A program made the position numbers and the translations under genes. Under the pieces are notes generated by a model. It saw only the letters and a list, made by a program, of their open reading frames with translations. It was not told the DNA's origin and made no database searches. From NCBI GenBank assembly GCA_964650255.1, contig CAZYQT010000001.1:39964-103963 (forward strand): a stretch of 64,000 nt of DNA, in the 5' to 3' direction. Source of the DNA: an uncultured Candidatus Saccharibacteria bacterium (GTDB lineage Bacteria > Patescibacteriota > Doudnabacteria > UBA920). This document shows, piece by piece, positions 57,929 through 64,000 of the stretch (position 1 is the first letter of the stretch; every line of letters starts with the position of its first letter).

Positions 57929-59158
57929 TTATTCTTTATATTGCTCTAACAAAATTCGAAGCATAAAACTCTTCATTGGGTCACCTTTTAATTTTTCCAA
58001 TGAGTCACTAACCATCTCACGAATCCTTTCCTTGGCTTCTGCCCCAGTCTTACTTCCAAGTTTTGTGCGCTCGAACAATGGCTTCAGTTTTTCAGAAACT
58101 TTTGCAAAGTCAGTTTTCTTGATGATTTCTTTTATATCTGCTGCCATACGCTTATCGATTGCGTTATCCAAACTTTCCATTTTATCTATAAACATATCGG
58201 CTCCATCAGGATGACTAACCGCCACTCTCTCGATACCATGCTCGCCATCGCCTTCACCTCTTTCAAAGTGCTCATACAAAGATTCTAAATCCTTCAAAGT
58301 TTTCGGTCCTGGCTTTTTCAAAATAGCACGAGCATTGCCAATCAACTTTTTTTGAGCCTGTTTTGTTAAGTCCTCAGCTAAATTCATTTCTCGAAACAAT
58401 TTTACACGCACATCCTCATATTTATCCACCACATTCTTATACTCTTGCTCCTGAAAACCAACTTTTGACATAAGCTCCATAGTCTTTGCGCACTCTTCAT
58501 CAAATTTTGCTAAATCCACTTTATATTTATCCTGCAAGTCTTTTTTGATCTGCTGCGTTTCTTTAGACCACCACTTCCAAGGCTTGGCCCAAGAAGTATT
58601 AGACTCATACTTGTCCATTGCAGCAGCTTTTTCTTTCAAATCGCTACCACCGCGTTTAAGAAGCTTGGAAACATTGTCAGAGTGCAATTTAAGTTTTCTT
58701 TCAGACTCACGGATATCTTTCAAATCCTTTACATATTCAGCCATTGCCTCAGGGTCATCTTTAATCTCTTTATCAATATGTTTCTGAACGGCTGCTGCTA
58801 CTTCCTTAGGATCCAAAATTCCTTTTAACTGTTCTGAGTACAAAGTCTGCATTTCTTTCACAACAGTGTTGCGATTTTCAAATGCTTCGTATCTGGATTC
58901 CAAACCCTCTAAATCATCACTAGGATTAAACTCCTGAGCATCACCGTAGACCTCATGCACAAATTTAACGAAATCTTTATTATTTGCTTTTTTAATATCA
59001 AAAGGCGGCTTCTCCGGCTCAATCTGATCAATGTCCGGATCCTCAACCACATCTTGCTTAGTCTCAGCCTTAGCTGAGTCTTTGGCATATTGTCTATACC
59101 CTTTTTTCCTATCAGATTTAGCTTTATATGCTCGCCATTTTTCACCTACATAACCCAT
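57929..59158 (-). CDS. Hypothetical coiled-coil protein
   Basis: 409-aa K/E-rich ORF. Confidence 0.75.
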   Translation of the reverse strand: MGYVGEKWRAYKAKSDRKKGYRQYAKDSAKAETKQDVVEDPDIDQIEPEKPPFDIKKANNKDFVKFVHEVYGDAQEFNPSDDLEGLESRYEAFENRNTVVKEMQTLYSEQLKGILDPKEVAAAVQKHIDKEIKDDPEAMAEYVKDLKDIRESERKLKLHSDNVSKLLKRGGSDLKEKAAAMDKYESNTSWAKPWKWWSKETQQIKKDLQDKYKVDLAKFDEECAKTMELMSKVGFQEQEYKNVVDKYEDVRVKLFREMNLAEDLTKQAQKKLIGNARAILKKPGPKTLKDLESLYEHFERGEGDGEHGIERVAVSHPDGADMFIDKMESLDNAIDKRMAADIKEIIKKTDFAKVSEKLKPLFERTKLGSKTGAEAKERIREMVSDSLEKLKGDPMKSFMLRILLEQYKE

Positions 59159-59221
59159 ATACTTAGATATTTACTTAATTAAGCCCATTATATCACAAAA
59201 ACCAGGCGCTGCTAACGCTCC

Positions 59222-61765
59222 CTAAATAGTCTTCTCTATAGCCGCTGGTCCTGCGGCCATCATGTCGGCCACCTGACTAGCCTCCAAAATTTCTTCTTCT
59301 ACCTCAGCCCGCGGACGCCCAAACTTTAAGCGCGACAACTGACGGATTGCTTGTGCAGTAGCCAATTGTTCAGCTGTTGGCTTATCAAGCGGATAAGTAG
59401 CCATATTGAAAGGCTTACTCGCTGTTCCGTTAATCATTAACTTCACAAACGCGTTGAAGCGGTCAACATTCAGTAAATCAAATGAGTTAAACACGGGCGC
59501 AAATTCCTTAGCCATAACTTCGGCATCTTCCACACCAATACGGAACGTCACCATACTACCAGCATTACCAAACACAGCATCTCGTAAATCACTGCTACCT
59601 GCTCCATGAGCGCCCGCACCTTGCTCAAGCTGCGCTAAAAACTGATGCCCAATAATTAAATTTAATTTGTACTTTCTAGCTTCAGACAAAATTGATGAAA
59701 ACGCGTCTGTAATAAAGTTTTGGAATTCATCAACATACAAATAGAAGTCTTTACGCTGGTCTTCTGGAGTATCTGCGCGCGACATTGCGGCCATTTGAAT
59801 CTTTGACACCAAAATTAAACCAAGCAATTTTGCATTCATTTCACCAGTTTTACCTTTCGCTAAATTCACAAGCAAGATTTTGCCGTTATCCATAACGTCT
59901 CGGAAATTAAAGGCGCTCTTTGGCTGGCCAACAATATTGCGCATCATGCTATTCTCAACGAACCGGCCAACTTTAGACACCAAGTAACCAAGCATTTCCG
60001 ACTTGTGAAAGTCACTGGTCTTAGCCATTTCTTTTTCCCAAAAGGCGCGCACTACTGGATCGCTCAACTTGCCAACTTTATACTTCTGGAATTCAGTATC
60101 AGTAAAAATACGAGGAATTTCTACTAGCGTACCAGGGTGCTCGGAGTCGGCCATTAAAGTTAACATGGCATTACGCATGTTGTGCTCAAACATTGGCCCA
60201 AGCATAGCTGGGTCGGTAACGAGTTTGTAGAAAATTGAAATCATTTCCTGTACCGCAAAATCCTTCTCCCCTTCTTTCAAACTCTCGAGCATGTTCAAGC
60301 CCATTGGGCGTTCAACATCGAACGGTTCAAAAAGAATTACATCTTCTGCGCGCTCTTTTGGAATGTGGGGCAAAATGTCCTCAATAAAGTCGCCGTGCGG
60401 ATCGATCACGCACAAACCTTCACCATTTTTAATGTCCTGCACAGACATGTACTTCATGAGCTCGGTTTTACCTACACCAGTTCGCCCAAGAATGTACATG
60501 TGACGACGACGGTCATCGCGCGCCGCCCGAATAGGAGTCTCAATCCCCCGGTAAATATTGCGCCCGAGCAGGACGCCATCATCAGACAAATTAATTGGCG
60601 GCGGCGCTTTCTTGGACTGTAGCCACTTAATATTCGGCGTTTCCAAAAATGGCGTTGGCAAATGCCACAAACTAGCCAACTCTTCAGTATTCAATATGGC
60701 TTTGCCGCCATAATGCCTGTATATACGAAAGATAAAATCTTTCACAATCGCCGCTTGCTTGCGACCTTTTATTTTAAAGCCATTAAACGGCGGCATATTG
60801 TACTGCAAAAAGGACGAAACAATGTTATTTAAATTCACTGCGGCAGCACCTGGATTCATCGATGAGCAAACAACCCGAATATTAGTTTTAAACCCTGGGC
60901 GACTAGCCTTTTCCTCAAAACGCTTCACCATTTCCTGCTGCATTGGTGTTAGATTAATCGGGCTAGACAAACCGCTCAAATCTTCATGATGTCCTGCAGT
61001 AGGGTCCTTTTTCCCAAATGTACTGTCTTTAATTAAACCAAAAATTTCACCGGCAACTTTCGAACCAGATCCTTTTACAACCGTATTCGGATTTTTACCT
61101 TGCTGAATTTCTAACGCCATATGGCGCGGCTTATGCTGCCAGTGGTGGCCTGCTGGAGATAGAATAAATTGGATTGCAGCGCCATCACCTTCCCCTAACT
61201 TTGACATAGCATTAGTCAAAGAGTTTAATGGATCAGTTTCCATCAATTTATATGTGCGGATCGGGAAAACATATGACCGATTCAATTGCAATTCCGCAGC
61301 AGCAATTTGGCCACCTTTCTGAAACGGATTATATCCACGAATAACTTCTATAAATGCATCTGGATATTGAGCTTGTAGTTGTTTTTCAATTAGTTCTTGT
61401 AGGTACTGCGGGCAGTTAATATAAAAAGATATTTTTTTGTCTGTACAAGCAATTTCGAAACTAATGTAATCTTTTGGTTGGAAAAACCAATTGCTATGAC
61501 TGATCTCTGAAAGCGATGTAAACAACTGCTCAACAACGGAAATTAAATTCTTCTTGCCTTCTTCGTTGTTGGTTAACTGCTGATTGCTTTCATCAGCATT
61601 ATCTTTTGGCATTTGAATTTCCAAGAACACCCAATTTTTGGTGCGCGGCATTATCACTTTGGCGTAATACCAGTGACGATGAATATAGTACGCGGCAACT
61701 GCCAAAAAGACCGTTACCAGAACGGCTAGAAGAGCAATAACTATAACTACAGTATTAAGTTCCAA
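59222..61765 (-). CDS. VirD4/TraG/HerA-like membrane-anchored ATPase
   Basis: RRHMYILGRTGVGKT, IDPHGD, YVDEFQNF, SEARKY. Confidence 0.88.
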   Translation of the reverse strand: MELNTVVIVIALLAVLVTVFLAVAAYYIHRHWYYAKVIMPRTKNWVFLEIQMPKDNADESNQQLTNNEEGKKNLISVVEQLFTSLSEISHSNWFFQPKDYISFEIACTDKKISFYINCPQYLQELIEKQLQAQYPDAFIEVIRGYNPFQKGGQIAAAELQLNRSYVFPIRTYKLMETDPLNSLTNAMSKLGEGDGAAIQFILSPAGHHWQHKPRHMALEIQQGKNPNTVVKGSGSKVAGEIFGLIKDSTFGKKDPTAGHHEDLSGLSSPINLTPMQQEMVKRFEEKASRPGFKTNIRVVCSSMNPGAAAVNLNNIVSSFLQYNMPPFNGFKIKGRKQAAIVKDFIFRIYRHYGGKAILNTEELASLWHLPTPFLETPNIKWLQSKKAPPPINLSDDGVLLGRNIYRGIETPIRAARDDRRRHMYILGRTGVGKTELMKYMSVQDIKNGEGLCVIDPHGDFIEDILPHIPKERAEDVILFEPFDVERPMGLNMLESLKEGEKDFAVQEMISIFYKLVTDPAMLGPMFEHNMRNAMLTLMADSEHPGTLVEIPRIFTDTEFQKYKVGKLSDPVVRAFWEKEMAKTSDFHKSEMLGYLVSKVGRFVENSMMRNIVGQPKSAFNFRDVMDNGKILLVNLAKGKTGEMNAKLLGLILVSKIQMAAMSRADTPEDQRKDFYLYVDEFQNFITDAFSSILSEARKYKLNLIIGHQFLAQLEQGAGAHGAGSSDLRDAVFGNAGSMVTFRIGVEDAEVMAKEFAPVFNSFDLLNVDRFNAFVKLMINGTASKPFNMATYPLDKPTAEQLATAQAIRQLSRLKFGRPRAEVEEEILEASQVADMMAAGPAAIEKTI

Positions 61766-61777
61766 AACAATTTTGTT

Positions 61778-62137
61778 TTAATGTGTGCTTGCTAAATCCA
61801 AAGCAGCATCTTGGTCGGTAGCTGCTTCCGTAGGGCCATTAACTAAGGTCAGAAAGTTTTTTTCATACAACGCGTTTTTTGTTGCCAATGTCTCATCTGG
61901 CGATGGCACAGTTTCTTGCGGTGAATTCTGAACAGCTTCTGGCACAACAGGCTCACTCGCAGGACTACCCAAGTCTTCGACTGCATCACCTTGCGGCTCT
62001 TCTGCATTTTGATTAGGGATAGCTTGATGATCCGGTGTTCTGCTCAACTCAGCTGCATGCTCAGCAGTCTGATGCAAAACTTCTTCCGATTCTAGAGAAG
62101 GAAAATTGCCCTTTTTTGGGTCTGAATCTAATGCCAT
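61778..62137 (-). CDS. Acidic low-complexity hypothetical protein
   Basis: 119-aa ORF downstream of an extended -10 near 62180. Confidence 0.55.
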   Translation of the reverse strand: MALDSDPKKGNFPSLESEEVLHQTAEHAAELSRTPDHQAIPNQNAEEPQGDAVEDLGSPASEPVVPEAVQNSPQETVPSPDETLATKNALYEKNFLTLVNGPTEAATDQDAALDLASTH

Positions 62138-62236
62138 TTGTGTTGTTTTTGTTTCAATTAATCTCTAAATTACCCAATTATTATACCATATTATTGGGCA
62201 AAATAAAAAACCGCCGAAGCGGTTTATATTTTTTAT

Positions 62237-63517
62237 CTAGTAACCCCGATAGTCATGCATGGTCAGCTGGGCTTCGACTTGTTTAATAGTCTCAATAACC
62301 ACGGACACCACAATCAGCAAACCAGTACCACCCAAAGTTAGGGACTGCGTGCCAGTCCAGTGTTGAACCAAGAATGGCAACACAGCAATCGCACCCAAGA
62401 ACAAAGATCCTGGTAAAGTAATTCGATTTAAAACTTTATACAAATAGCCTGCAGTTTGTTGTCCTGGCCGAAGTCCTGGAATAAACCCACCGCTACGTTG
62501 CATATTCTCGGCAATATCATCGGGATTAGTAACAACATTAGTATAGAAGTATGTGAATGCCACAACAAGCAAGAAGTAAATTACTCCATACCAGAGCCCC
62601 TGAGTGTTTGTAAAGCTAATTGCTTTGGTTGCGAAATCAGCAATGGCTTCGGTTTTAGCATTCACAAAGAACTGAGCAATAATCGCTGGGAATAACATTA
62701 AAGACAAGGCGAAAATAATTGGAATAACCCCAGCTTGGTTTAGACGCATTGGTAAGTGTGATTCCACTCCCCCAACCTGTCTTTCCCCGCGCATGCGTTT
62801 AGCATAGGACACTGGAATATTGCGCTGCGCCTCCGTAACCAGAATTACACCGGCAATTACTAGGATAATAGCAGCTATAAAAGCAATAATCATTGGTAGC
62901 ATGCTTGGTTGATACAACTGGATTAAAGAACTCAAGCTGGCTGGCAAACGCGCCACAATACCTGCAAAAATAATCAATGATAAACCATTCCCAATTCCAT
63001 ATTCAGAGATAATTTCTCCAATCCACATAACTAACATCGTTCCAGCTGTAACAGCCAGTAAAGTCAAAAACCACTGAAACCCACTAAAGTCGCTCAATAC
63101 ACCGACACTACTTTGACTCTGAATTAATCGAATTGTCCCAAACCCGGATAGCACTGCTAGTGGAATGGTCATGAACCGAGTGTATTGGTTAATCTTAGTC
63201 CGACCAGCTTCACCGCTTTCTTTCTGCAGTTCCTTCAAAGATGGCACAATCATGGTCAAAAGCTGCATAATAATTGAAGCAGTAATGTATGGTCCAACCC
63301 CGAGCATAGCAATCGAGAAGTTAGTTAAACCACCACCCGAGAAAATATCCAACAAATTCAAAAATTGATTGCCTTGGAAGTAATCTCTTAATCCACCGAC
63401 ATTAATACCAGGGATTGGGATGTGTACCAAAACCCGAGTTGCTAACAATAGCAAAATCACTGCGATAATTTTCCAGCGCAGATCTTTTGTTTTCCAAATA
63501 AGAGAAAGAGTATTCAT
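62237..63517 (-). CDS. secY: Preprotein translocase SecY
   Basis: LGVGPYITASII, GIGNGLSLIIF, FIPGLRPG. Confidence 0.98.
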   Translation of the reverse strand: MNTLSLIWKTKDLRWKIIAVILLLLATRVLVHIPIPGINVGGLRDYFQGNQFLNLLDIFSGGGLTNFSIAMLGVGPYITASIIMQLLTMIVPSLKELQKESGEAGRTKINQYTRFMTIPLAVLSGFGTIRLIQSQSSVGVLSDFSGFQWFLTLLAVTAGTMLVMWIGEIISEYGIGNGLSLIIFAGIVARLPASLSSLIQLYQPSMLPMIIAFIAAIILVIAGVILVTEAQRNIPVSYAKRMRGERQVGGVESHLPMRLNQAGVIPIIFALSLMLFPAIIAQFFVNAKTEAIADFATKAISFTNTQGLWYGVIYFLLVVAFTYFYTNVVTNPDDIAENMQRSGGFIPGLRPGQQTAGYLYKVLNRITLPGSLFLGAIAVLPFLVQHWTGTQSLTLGGTGLLIVVSVVIETIKQVEAQLTMHDYRGY

Positions 63518-63550
63518 AATGTTTATTTTACACTAACGGCTTAATTAACA

Positions 63551-63985
63551 CTACTGGATGCTGCCGCCAGCTTTTTCTATAGTAGCTTTCGCAGTTTCCG
63601 ATACCGGAACCTTGAAAGTCAGTTTTCGAGCTAATTTTCCTTGTAAGATTTTAACGCGGCTAGAACCAGTTGGCACCAAACCTTGACCACGCAAAGAAGC
63701 AATTGTTACTTCGTCGCCATCTTTAAATACGGAAAGCGCATCTAATTTAATTACAGTGGCTTTGTCTTGCAAACTGTTAAAACCACGGCGCTTTGGCAAT
63801 TGACGAATCAACGGCTGGCGACCACCTTCAAAACGAGCTGGCATTTTGCTGTGACCAGTACGCTTGGTCTGACCCTTGTTACCACGAGTAGCATATGTTC
63901 CGTGCCCACTACCAAGTCCGCGACCAACTACTTTGCGGCGTTTTGTGGATTTCGGATGTTTCTTTAATTGATGAAGCTTTATCAT
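63551..63985 (-). CDS. rplO: 50S ribosomal protein L15
   Basis: GRGLGSGHG, FEGGRQPL; upstream of secY. Confidence 0.96.
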   Translation of the reverse strand: MIKLHQLKKHPKSTKRRKVVGRGLGSGHGTYATRGNKGQTKRTGHSKMPARFEGGRQPLIRQLPKRRGFNSLQDKATVIKLDALSVFKDGDEVTIASLRGQGLVPTGSSRVKILQGKLARKLTFKVPVSETAKATIEKAGGSIQ

Positions 63986-64000
63986 AAATTTATAAAAGTT

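Noticed and set aside
59222-61765. Conjugative element implied by the VirD4-like ATPase
   Set aside because: No relaxase, VirB genes or integrase in the window; sits near secY in an apparently core context

Overview
Bacterial chromosomal window, mostly - strand. Gene content suggests a Patescibacteria/CPR organism (inference). Housekeeping blocks: dcw start (mraZ-rsmH-ftsL-like-ftsI, truncated at the left edge), a two-component system, dinB, mreB, rnhA, recJ, a glycolysis/pentose-phosphate cluster, ruvX, dnaX, a VirD4/HerA-like ATPase, secY and rplO. The main feature is a diversity-generating retroelement (DGR) cassette at about 11.6-17.3 kb with no reverse transcriptase in the window. It has a 117-bp template repeat (TR, 12193-12309) and variable repeat (VR, 12606-12722) differing at 19 positions, 18 of them TR adenines. 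The VR lies at the C-terminus of a MoxR-type AAA+ ATPase in a VWA operon, followed by a GC hairpin. The TR appears to be a stand-alone promoter-driven RNA, avd is inverted on the opposite strand, and a Y-family polymerase is the next gene. Other oddities: a frameshifted protein with six HTH-like repeats inserted between a kinase and its regulator, a candidate structured ncRNA at 21.4-21.6 kb, an orphan PemK/MazF-like toxin with a convergent promoter, a stand-alone CLec-like gene, and a four-gene operon with a consensus promoter ending in a lectin-like protein. All calls come from manual reading; no searches were run.
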